DNA of 64,000 bases, taken from assembly GCA_963674865.2 (NCBI GenBank), contig CAXXYE010000001.1:160001-224000 (forward strand), in the 5' to 3' direction. How positions within the stretch are numbered: position 1 is the first letter of the stretch; every line of letters starts with the position of its first letter. The DNA comes from Candidatus Hydrogenedentota bacterium. Its GTDB lineage: Bacteria > Hydrogenedentota > Hydrogenedentia > Hydrogenedentales > SLHB01. This document shows positions 1 through 7,204 of the stretch, piece by piece. The position numbers were made by a program, and so were the translations under genes. The notes beneath the pieces are model-generated. The model did not search any database, was not told the origin of the DNA, and worked only from the letters and a program-made list of their open reading frames with translations.

Positions 1-1
1 G

Positions 2-787
2 ATGATTGAACTGGCCCTCGAGGACGATCCGCAGCCCGGCAGAGTGCTGGCCAGGTGGTTCTGGACGTTCCCTATCACCTCGCTCCTATTCGGCGCCGCA
101 GTGAGCGGGCTTCGCGCAGGCGCCACGGCCTCTCGGGGAGCGTGGAATAAGACGTCGCAAGGCTATGCGCTGCTCCGGCCGATGACTGACGCCGACTTGG
201 CCGCCGCCAAGACGACTGCGTTATTCGATTCGCTGCTCATCTGATTCGCTTTGGCCTTGGCTATCGCGATACCTGCTTTCCTTGTCTCGAATGCGCCTGC
301 GCTCCACTTGCTTGTGGAAGCGGTTCACGTCGGCGAGCTAACCTCTGGTGATCTGGTTCTCATGGCCGGGAGGCCCATGGTGCTCCTCTTCGCCTTGGCG
401 TGGTGCATGCTCTGGTATGGGCGGCCTCTGTCCGTATCCTACATAGTTCTCCTGGCGCTGCCCTGCGCCATCCCATTGGTTCACTGGCGCATCTTCCCGC
501 AGATCCAAGTCCTTCTTCGAGAGGGATATTTGCCCGCGCTGATCCTCCTCCCCATCGTCGGCGTGGTGTGGTCGGGCTGGACTGCATGGAAGCGGAGGCA
601 GGCTTCCTTGAAACGTGTTGTGGGGGTGGCTCTGGCCTGGGCCTTCCTGGTTGTTGTATTCATGGGCGCCGATCTCTTGAACCAGGCGGCCGTGTTGAGC
701 CTGTCAACAGGCGCCGCCGTGACGGCGTGGATTGTCGCGCCCTTTGTCACACTACCTCAGGCTATCCACCGAGGACGCCATCAATGA
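2..787 (+). pseudogene. Multi-TM membrane protein (ABC permease-like), probably 5'-truncated by the window edge, with an in-frame TGA at 242-244
   Basis: ORFs 2..244 and 251..787 share a frame. The read-through LFDSLLI*FALALAIAIP aligns to LFDSLLLGFALVLAIAIP of paralog 4148..5767, and both end in similar sequence (PQAIHRGRHQ vs PMAVHRQRHN). Confidence 0.75.
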
Positions 788-840
788 GCGTCAGTGGTAT
801 GACTGACGCTGATGGCGTGTTGTCGTTGGTGCGAAAAGCC

Positions 841-1037
841 GGGACAGTGGAGCCGTTGAAAAGGTGCGGAATTGCCGCACGCAGGCCGCGAAAGAACCTG
901 GGACAGTCCCGTCTGCGTCCGCCTGCGGCGGACTCCGCTTGGGACAGTCCCGTTCTTTCGCTCAACCTCTGGGGCGAATGCGCCTTTTTCAACAGCTCCA
1001 CAGTCCCGTCTTCGCTTCGCTCGCTTGGGACAGTCCC
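841..1037. repeat. Cluster of palindromic GGGACAGTCCC REP-like motifs
   Basis: Intact copies at 900-910, 941-951 and 1027-1037, plus one split copy (841-848 + 1005-1007). Confidence 0.85.
849..999. mobile_element. 151-bp MITE nested inside the outer element, with 5-bp target duplication ACAGT
   Basis: TIRs GGAGCCGTTGAAAAGG (849-864) and CCTTTTTCAACAGCTCC (983-999). ACAGT at 844-848 and 1000-1004. Excision restores GGGACAGTCCC. Confidence 0.8.
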
Positions 1038-1129
1038 CGTTTTTCGCTTCTTCACTTGTGGATAGGTAACGTCAACTATGAGTCAGAACACTAGCGCCGG
1101 GCAGACAGGCCAGTTCCCGTGCACGGGGG

Positions 1130-2584
1130 ATGGCCATGAATAAGTTCGGATATTGGCGAGTCATCGTTGTGGGCGCTATCGGTGTGTTTGCCTTGGTATG
1201 CGGCTTCGCGCCTGGTCCTGACAGAATCTTCTTTGCCAAGGTGCGCGCCTTGGGCTATCCGGCGACTCGCGAAGATGTGGAGGCCTCCCTCACCGATATC
1301 CCCTTCGAGGAGAACGCCGCCCCCGTCTACGGCCAGGCCGTGGCGACGCTGAAAGACTTGTCTCCGGTGAAGATGGCCCGTCTACCTATCTGCGGCGAAG
1401 CGGATGTGCCTGAGCCAACGGAGCCGATCCCGGAGCCGACGATGGGCCTCATGCGAGCGTACCTGCGGCGAAACGCGTCGTCCCTCGCCCGGCTTCATAG
1501 CGCCACACGCATGCGCAAGTGCCTTTTCCCCATGAGATTCCGCTTGGCGTTTTTTGCCGAGTCCCGGCATCTCCCCATATTGCGAGCCGGCGCTCGTGTC
1601 CTCGAATTGGAGTCGCTCTACTGTGCCTCAGCCGGCGAGCCTCACCGGGCAGCCGAAGCGGTGTTGAGCCTGCTGCGCATGTCCGCGGCTCTCAAGGGTG
1701 AGCCCTTCGCGCGGAATCAGATTTGCCGCGCCACCCTTGCCTCAATGGCGTGGGACGCGCTCGATCAACTCGTGAATCGGACAGCCTGTTCGGAGTCCGA
1801 ACTTGTGCGTTTGCAGGAGGCGTTCACGAATCCACTCGAGCCTGGCTTCACCGGCGATGGGATGGCGCGTGAGTTGGCAATGGATGACTATCGCCTGCGG
1901 GTATTCATGCTTGAGATGCTGGGGGAACTCGTTCCCGAGAACGTGGATATCGTTCGTTACTATCCAATGGCCTCGGCGGCTAGGCGGGTGGCCTATTGGT
2001 GCGGCGTGCGCGACGCGGGGCGTGCGTGCAGTCGCAGGCTGGTGATGCGATACATCGCCTCCAGTCGGAGTACGTATCCGGAGCAGAAACTCGAGGCGCG
2101 GCGCATCGAAGATACTGTCGACAACATGCCATTCTGGTATATGGCCCCCTATCCGCTATGGCTCCTTGATGCCTCCCGTGCGGCGGGGGCAGACTGGCTG
2201 CATATTGCGCGGATGCGTACCGCGGAAGTGGCTCTGGCTATCGAGCGATTCCGCCTGGCGAATGACGCCCTGCCGCCTAATCTCGGGGCGCTGGTTCCCG
2301 AGTGTCTGGCGGAGATCCCGACTGATCCGTTCTCGGAGCAACCTCTCAGCTTCCGCAAGACGGAATGCGGCTACGTGGTGTACAGCGTTGGCCCGGATCA
2401 GGAGGATGACGGCGGCACGGTGAGAAAGGACTGGACTGAGGGCGACATTGTGTTTACCGTCGAGCGTCCCGGGCCGCGCCCGCTCCCGGACGGCCAGTCC
2501 GAGTCTGACAATACGGTGCAGTTGCTTTCACGAATTCCCGGCCCCGAGGACGGACTCTTGGCATCGTCGAAAAGCGGGGCTTGA
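1130..2584 (+). CDS. Membrane-anchored hypothetical protein with C-terminal pseudopilin(GspG)-like motif
   Basis: N-terminal hydrophobic helix; C-terminal ALAIERFRLAND..LP..L..LVP..L..IPTDPFS..VVYSVGPDQEDDGG; paralog of 5817..7181. Confidence 0.8.
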   Translation: MAMNKFGYWRVIVVGAIGVFALVCGFAPGPDRIFFAKVRALGYPATREDVEASLTDIPFEENAAPVYGQAVATLKDLSPVKMARLPICGEADVPEPTEPIPEPTMGLMRAYLRRNASSLARLHSATRMRKCLFPMRFRLAFFAESRHLPILRAGARVLELESLYCASAGEPHRAAEAVLSLLRMSAALKGEPFARNQICRATLASMAWDALDQLVNRTACSESELVRLQEAFTNPLEPGFTGDGMARELAMDDYRLRVFMLEMLGELVPENVDIVRYYPMASAARRVAYWCGVRDAGRACSRRLVMRYIASSRSTYPEQKLEARRIEDTVDNMPFWYMAPYPLWLLDASRAAGADWLHIARMRTAEVALAIERFRLANDALPPNLGALVPECLAEIPTDPFSEQPLSFRKTECGYVVYSVGPDQEDDGGTVRKDWTEGDIVFTVERPGPRPLPDGQSESDNTVQLLSRIPGPEDGLLASSKSGA

Positions 2585-2609
2585 CAGGCCGCAAAAATTG
2601 TATTATAAT
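2581..2609 (+). promoter_or_regulatory. Consensus sigma70 promoter TTGACA-17bp-TATAAT
   Basis: TTGACA at 2581-2586 and TATAAT at 2604-2609, exact 17-nt spacer, 46 nt before the GntR start. Confidence 0.85.
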
Positions 2610-2619
2610 ATCGATACAA
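2598..2619. promoter_or_regulatory. Putative YtrA-type operator TTGTAT-N10-ATACAA overlapping the -10 box
   Basis: Perfect 6-bp inverted repeat in an AT-rich island directly upstream of a YtrA-like GntR gene. Confidence 0.7.
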
Positions 2620-2655
2620 AAGAACTCGGTCCAACGGCGCTGAAAGGGCCGTCAC

Positions 2656-3063
2656 ATGGACATCAAGCTGACTCAGGGCGACGGCGTCCCCATCTATCAA
2701 CAGATTATCAATCAGATCAAGTATCTGATCGCCGCGGGGCGGCTCTCGCCCGATGACGAACTCCCGCCCGTCCGCGTCTTGGCCCAGCGCCTGCTCATCA
2801 ATCCTAACACTGTGGTGCGGGCCTATCGCGAACTCGAAACGCAGGGACTCATCTACAAACGCCGGGGCGCGGGCACCTTCGTGGCGAAGGCGGTATCGCC
2901 GCTGGCCCGGCGGGAGCAAAAGCGGATTCTTAGGGAGCGGGCCGACGCCTTGCTTGTCGAGGCGCGGCATCTGAAATTCACGCTGGACGACGTGCTCGAC
3001 GTGGTGCGCGAGCGCGATCAGGTGTTGCGGGAAGAACGGGGAGAAATCGGAAACGATGGATGA
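2656..3063 (+). CDS. GntR family regulator, YtrA subfamily
   Basis: PIYQQI..LPPVRVLA..INPNTVVRAYRELE..GAGTFV winged HTH; short C-terminal domain; adjacent to an ABC ATPase. Confidence 0.95.
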   Translation: MDIKLTQGDGVPIYQQIINQIKYLIAAGRLSPDDELPPVRVLAQRLLINPNTVVRAYRELETQGLIYKRRGAGTFVAKAVSPLARREQKRILRERADALLVEARHLKFTLDDVLDVVRERDQVLREERGEIGNDG

Positions 3064-3967
3064 GAATATGGCCGCCGGTGGGGAACCTGTTGTCGAGGTG
3101 CGCAAGCTTACGCGCAAGTTCAGGCGGAAGGTCGCCCTCGATGAAGTCAGCTTTGAAGTGCCCCGCGGCTCGGTGTTCGGGCTCGTGGGAGAGAACGGGG
3201 CGGGGAAGACGACGTTGGTTAAGCATCTGCTCGGGGTGCTCAAGGCGCAGTCGGGGGACGTGCGCGTCTTCGGCAAGGATCCCGTCGATGATCCCGTCGG
3301 CGTGCTCTCGCAGATCGGTTACTTGTCCGAGGATCGCGATCTTCCGGGCTGGATGCGCGTGGGCCAACTCATGCGCTATACACAGGCGTTTTATCCGGAC
3401 TGGGATGAGGCCTATGCCGAGCATCTTCGGAAGCGGTTTGAGTTGCCCCTGGACGCCCGGATCAAGCACCTGTCACGCGGCGAAAAGGCCAAGGCCGGCC
3501 TCCTCGTGGCCATTGCCTACCGGCCCGCCATGCTGCTCCTCGACGAGCCATCCTCCGGCCTCGACGCGGGCGCCCGCCGCGATATCCTCGGCGCCATCAT
3601 CCGAACCGTCGCCGACGAGGGGCGCACGGTGTTTTTCTCGTCGCATCTCTTGGAGGAGGTCGAGCGCGTCGCCGACATCGTCTGCATGCTCCACGAGGGG
3701 AAAGTGGTTTTCTGCGGCCCGCTTGCGGAGATCAAGGCCCGTCACCGACGCGTCGTGCTGCGATTCGACACGCCGCAGGAAACGCCGCCGGCCATCCCCG
3801 GCGTGCTCCACTGCGAGGGCCAGGGCCGGGAGTGGGCCTTTGTCTGCGACAGGCCCATCCAGGAGTTTGCTGAGGAGGTTGCACGGCACAACGCCACCAT
3901 CGTTGATGACGAAGAGCCCTCTCTCGAACGTCTCTTCCTGGCCCGCGTCGGCCATAAGGACCTCTAA
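3056..3967 (+). CDS. ABC transporter ATP-binding protein (YtrB-like)
   Basis: Walker A GENGAGKTT, signature LSRGE, Walker B LLLLDEP, SSH switch. Confidence 0.95.
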   Translation: MDENMAAGGEPVVEVRKLTRKFRRKVALDEVSFEVPRGSVFGLVGENGAGKTTLVKHLLGVLKAQSGDVRVFGKDPVDDPVGVLSQIGYLSEDRDLPGWMRVGQLMRYTQAFYPDWDEAYAEHLRKRFELPLDARIKHLSRGEKAKAGLLVAIAYRPAMLLLDEPSSGLDAGARRDILGAIIRTVADEGRTVFFSSHLLEEVERVADIVCMLHEGKVVFCGPLAEIKARHRRVVLRFDTPQETPPAIPGVLHCEGQGREWAFVCDRPIQEFAEEVARHNATIVDDEEPSLERLFLARVGHKDL

Positions 3968-4131
3968 GGATATGACTCATACTGGTGATGTGTTCCTGCC
4001 GCGAAAAGTAGAGCAAAAACCAGGGACAGACACGTCTCCGCTTCGCTCCGCTTGTGTCAGTCCCCGTTTTTCGTTTCTTCTTGGCGCTCTTTCATCTAGC
4101 AGATAGGCAACGTCAACTATGAGTCAGAACA
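3968..4131. mobile_element. Second copy of the MITE-like outer element, with variant core GGGACAGACAC...GTGTCAGTCCCC
   Basis: Ends TATGACTCATA / TATGAGTCAGAACA; 30-nt right end shared with 1061-1090; internal hairpin 4023-4065. Confidence 0.7.
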
Positions 4132-4147
4132 TTCGGAGCGTCGCCCG

Positions 4148-5767
4148 ATGAACGATAAGTACCGCGCCCTCGTATGGGAACAGAGCCGGCTCGCAGGAGT
4201 GGTATCCGTCTGGTGCCTGGGGCTTGGCGTATCGTTCATCGCGTGGCTCTGGTTAGCGCAGCAGCTGCGGTGGATCTTCATGCATGATGCTCAGGAGCTT
4301 GGCGCCCTCGCCACAGTGATCGGGAGCGCCGCCGCGGCGCTCATATTCACGCTGCGCTTCGATGCGGCCGGACACCTCACTTTCGGTTTTGACGCGCGCC
4401 TCTTTCGTCTGCCCATCAAGATAGGGCCCTGCACGACGATCATCCTTGTCTTTCGGGCGCTTGGCGTCCTCGTCGTCGCGTTGGGAAGCGTGATCTCCTG
4501 CAATGCTCTGCTCGGCGGCAACATCGGTATCTGGCCTGTCGTGGGCGTTGTCGCACTTTACCTTACCACCCAGGCCCTTTCGTGGAGCAAAGATTCGGTT
4601 CCGAGCATCAAGTATCTCTTGCCCGCGCTCCTTGTTGCTGTTGTCCTCTTCTTGCTGGGGGGCGGCGGGCGCGCAATAGCGGAGTCGCAATGGACTGAGA
4701 CTATCAAGTCTTTCGACATCGCCCCTCTCATCTGGGCCTTGGCCCTCATCGTGTCCCTGGCAGCCGCGTACGCGGGCGTCCGGTGGAGCCGTCATGGCGT
4801 GCGCCGTGGCCCGGCTCCCCTAGTTGAGTTGATCGATCGGCTTGCCGATCTGCGGCGGGGGAAGGCCAAGCGCTTCCGCAGCCCCTTTCAGGCCCAACTA
4901 TGGTACGAGCGGCGGCGCTTTGGCTGGTTCGTTCCGGCCACAGTTCTCGTGGCCACCGCCCTCTTGTTTGGCGTCCTCCTGGTGGTGAAGAAGGCCCAGA
5001 GGCCCGCGCTCGGAAGCCACGACGCGCTGGCGTTCTTGGGCTTGCTTTCCTTTCTGGGATTCATCGTCGCCGCGTTGATCGCCGGGCCGGTATCCGGCGC
5101 CACCGCCTTTCGTCGTCGGTGGGAAACAAGTTCATCGCGCTATCCGCTGCTACGGCCTCTGGCCACGGCGGCCCTCGCTCGGGCCAAGATGGCCATGCTC
5201 TTCGACTCGCTTCTGCTGGGATTTGCCCTGGTGTTAGCCATCGCGATACCGGCCCTGCTGCTTGGATATGCTCCCGTGGTTGAGTTGGTGACAGCGGCAT
5301 TCAGCGATCAGGAACTTACCCTCGATGAACTCGTCTTTATGCTCGGACGGCCCTTGATCCTGCTATGGGCCCTCGGCTGGGTGGCTCTCTGGTTTTCCCT
5401 GCGTCTTCCGCTGGCCTGGCTTCTAACCGCCGTGGTGACGGTTGTTGCCTATCTCGTGCTCTTTCAGCGATTTCCCCTCCAAAGGGAGTTCTTCATCGGG
5501 GGCCTGCTCGTCGTGGAGGCGGTGGTGTTTCCGATCGCCGGGGTGACTTGGTTGTCCTTGTCGGCGCTGAGGTCGGGCGTCTTAAAGGTGAGGCACTTGG
5601 CGGCCCTGTTCGCGCTCTGGACTCTTCTGACGGCGGCATTCATGGGAGCGGAGTGCGCCCACGGTTTCACCGTGGGACGCCTGTGCGCCGGCGCGGCCAT
5701 CGTAGGGTGGGTCGTGGCGCCTCTCGTAGAGTTACCGATGGCCGTTCACCGACAGAGGCATAACTGA
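4148..5767 (+). CDS. Multi-TM membrane protein, probable ABC permease
   Basis: About 12 hydrophobic segments in two halves linked by FRSPFQAQLWYE; downstream of the ABC ATPase. Confidence 0.75.
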   Translation: MNDKYRALVWEQSRLAGVVSVWCLGLGVSFIAWLWLAQQLRWIFMHDAQELGALATVIGSAAAALIFTLRFDAAGHLTFGFDARLFRLPIKIGPCTTIILVFRALGVLVVALGSVISCNALLGGNIGIWPVVGVVALYLTTQALSWSKDSVPSIKYLLPALLVAVVLFLLGGGGRAIAESQWTETIKSFDIAPLIWALALIVSLAAAYAGVRWSRHGVRRGPAPLVELIDRLADLRRGKAKRFRSPFQAQLWYERRRFGWFVPATVLVATALLFGVLLVVKKAQRPALGSHDALAFLGLLSFLGFIVAALIAGPVSGATAFRRRWETSSSRYPLLRPLATAALARAKMAMLFDSLLLGFALVLAIAIPALLLGYAPVVELVTAAFSDQELTLDELVFMLGRPLILLWALGWVALWFSLRLPLAWLLTAVVTVVAYLVLFQRFPLQREFFIGGLLVVEAVVFPIAGVTWLSLSALRSGVLKVRHLAALFALWTLLTAAFMGAECAHGFTVGRLCAGAAIVGWVVAPLVELPMAVHRQRHN

Positions 5768-5816
5768 ACATGAACCAGATTCGCCGAGACTTCGGACAAA
5801 CGAATGGAAGGTGCTC

Positions 5817-7181
5817 ATGAGCGGGATACCGTACTGGCGGAGCATGCTGACGGGCACGCTTGTCCTCTTCGCTCTTGTTTGCGGCCTTGCCGGTAGCCCA
5901 GGCAGGGCATTTCGGGCGAAGGTGCGCGCTGCCGGATATCCGGCCACGTGCGAGGAGGTCGAGGCATTGCTGCCTGCCACGCCTGCGGGGCGAAACGCGG
6001 CCCCTATCTACCGAAGCGCCTCCAGGGCTCTCGTGTTTTTCTCGAAGTCAGACTTCGAGGACGAGGACACGTTCCTCTCGTGGGCCAGCGGCAAATGGCC
6101 CGCCGCAACCGAGCCTATTCCCCAGGCCGCCCTGAACTTGATGGCACGGCACCTCAAACGGAATGCAGCGTCTCTTTCTCTTTTCCATGAGGCAGCCCAG
6201 TTGCCCGAGTGCCAGTTTACGCCCGCATGGATGGCGTGTGAAGTCGGCAGAGTGCACCACGACAGCATGGCGAGTCTATATCACGGGGCTAGTTTGCTTA
6301 TGGCCGAGGCCGTCTATTGCGCGGCGACGGGCGAGGCGGGCAGAGGCGCCAATGCCGTTCTCGACGTCGTGCGCATGTCACACGCCCTGGAAGATGAGCC
6401 AGACAGCCAACGAATCCGGAGTACGCTTCTTTACATTTCCTATGACGCCTTGGGCCAGCTCATAAACCGGACTGTGTGTGTAGAGGATGATTTGGCTGCT
6501 CTGCAGCGGGCCTTTTCCGACGCCGTCGAACCGGGTTTCATCGCGCGGGCAGTCCTGTACGATTTTGCCGCGATGAATTACGATCCGGACGCGTACTATC
6601 AAAGTGAACGATTCCGGTCAAGCTATGACGTGGCAGGATGGGTGCGTGTAACGAGTTGGGCTCGGAACAGGCTCAGCCACTGGAGCGCTCGTCAGGACTT
6701 CCGGAACGTTTGCGGCCGCCATCTCTTCAGGGCAACCATCGGCACCAGTGATCTGCCCTACCGGCAGCAGGTGGCTTTGCGCGAGGGCCTGAGGGAAAGA
6801 GCAGAGGCAATGCCCCGCAGCCTTCGTCTTTCTTCATGGCAGTGGAGACTCGGCTATCATTACATTACTATGCAAGAAGCGCTTGTCGTTGCGCGAATCC
6901 GCATTGCCGAAGCCGTTCTAGCCGTCGAGCGCTATCGCTTGGCCAACGATTCCCTTCCGTCCGGCCTCAATGCCTTGGTGCCGCAATACCTCGAAGAAGT
7001 CCCGATCGACCCGTTCTCTGACGAACCCCTCCTGTTCCGTAAGACGGGGAGCTGCTACATCGTCTATAGCGTTAACCTCGACTGCGAGGATGACGGCGGG
7101 ATTCAGAGCAAGGACATGTACAATGGCGATATCACCTTCACCGTCGAGCGTCCTGCTCCTACGGCTTCTTCCTCTGTGTAG
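5817..7181 (+). CDS. Membrane-anchored hypothetical protein with C-terminal pseudopilin(GspG)-like motif (paralog 2)
   Basis: Shares motifs with 1130..2584 (AKVRA.GYPAT.E, NAAP.Y, VERYRLANDSLP, PIDPFSDEPL, DDGG..GDI.FTVERP). Confidence 0.8.
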   Translation: MSGIPYWRSMLTGTLVLFALVCGLAGSPGRAFRAKVRAAGYPATCEEVEALLPATPAGRNAAPIYRSASRALVFFSKSDFEDEDTFLSWASGKWPAATEPIPQAALNLMARHLKRNAASLSLFHEAAQLPECQFTPAWMACEVGRVHHDSMASLYHGASLLMAEAVYCAATGEAGRGANAVLDVVRMSHALEDEPDSQRIRSTLLYISYDALGQLINRTVCVEDDLAALQRAFSDAVEPGFIARAVLYDFAAMNYDPDAYYQSERFRSSYDVAGWVRVTSWARNRLSHWSARQDFRNVCGRHLFRATIGTSDLPYRQQVALREGLRERAEAMPRSLRLSSWQWRLGYHYITMQEALVVARIRIAEAVLAVERYRLANDSLPSGLNALVPQYLEEVPIDPFSDEPLLFRKTGSCYIVYSVNLDCEDDGGIQSKDMYNGDITFTVERPAPTASSSV

Positions 7182-7204
7182 GATGAGCCATCCCGGCGAT
7201 TGGC

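Larger units (their letters stand above)
795..1090. mobile_element. Non-autonomous MITE-like element (outer shell) with GGGACAGTCCC REP-like core
   Basis: Right end 1061-1090 is 29/30 identical to 4102-4131. Left end TATGACT..CTG.TG..GTGTT is homologous to 3971-3995. Ends form imperfect inverted repeats (TGACT / AGTCA). Confidence 0.7.

Noticed and set aside
242..244. UGA recoded as Gly (genetic code 25) or selenocysteine
   Set aside because: Many intact genes here end in TGA (e.g. 2584, 3063, 5767, 28760), and the aligned residue in the paralog is Gly, not Cys.
841..1037. GGGACAGTCCC repeats as a CRISPR array
   Set aside because: Repeats are only 11 bp and irregularly spaced, the intervening sequences resemble each other, and no cas genes are present.
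400..1094. ORFs 400..1065, 762..1055, 864..1094 and 872..1069 with repeated GTVP/WDSP peptides
   Set aside because: The peptides are translations of the non-coding GGGACAGTCCC repeats.
795..4131. Intergenic palindromic elements as integron attC sites
   Set aside because: No RYYYAAC/GTTRRRY core pair at the ends, no integrase, and the flanking genes form an ordinary operon.
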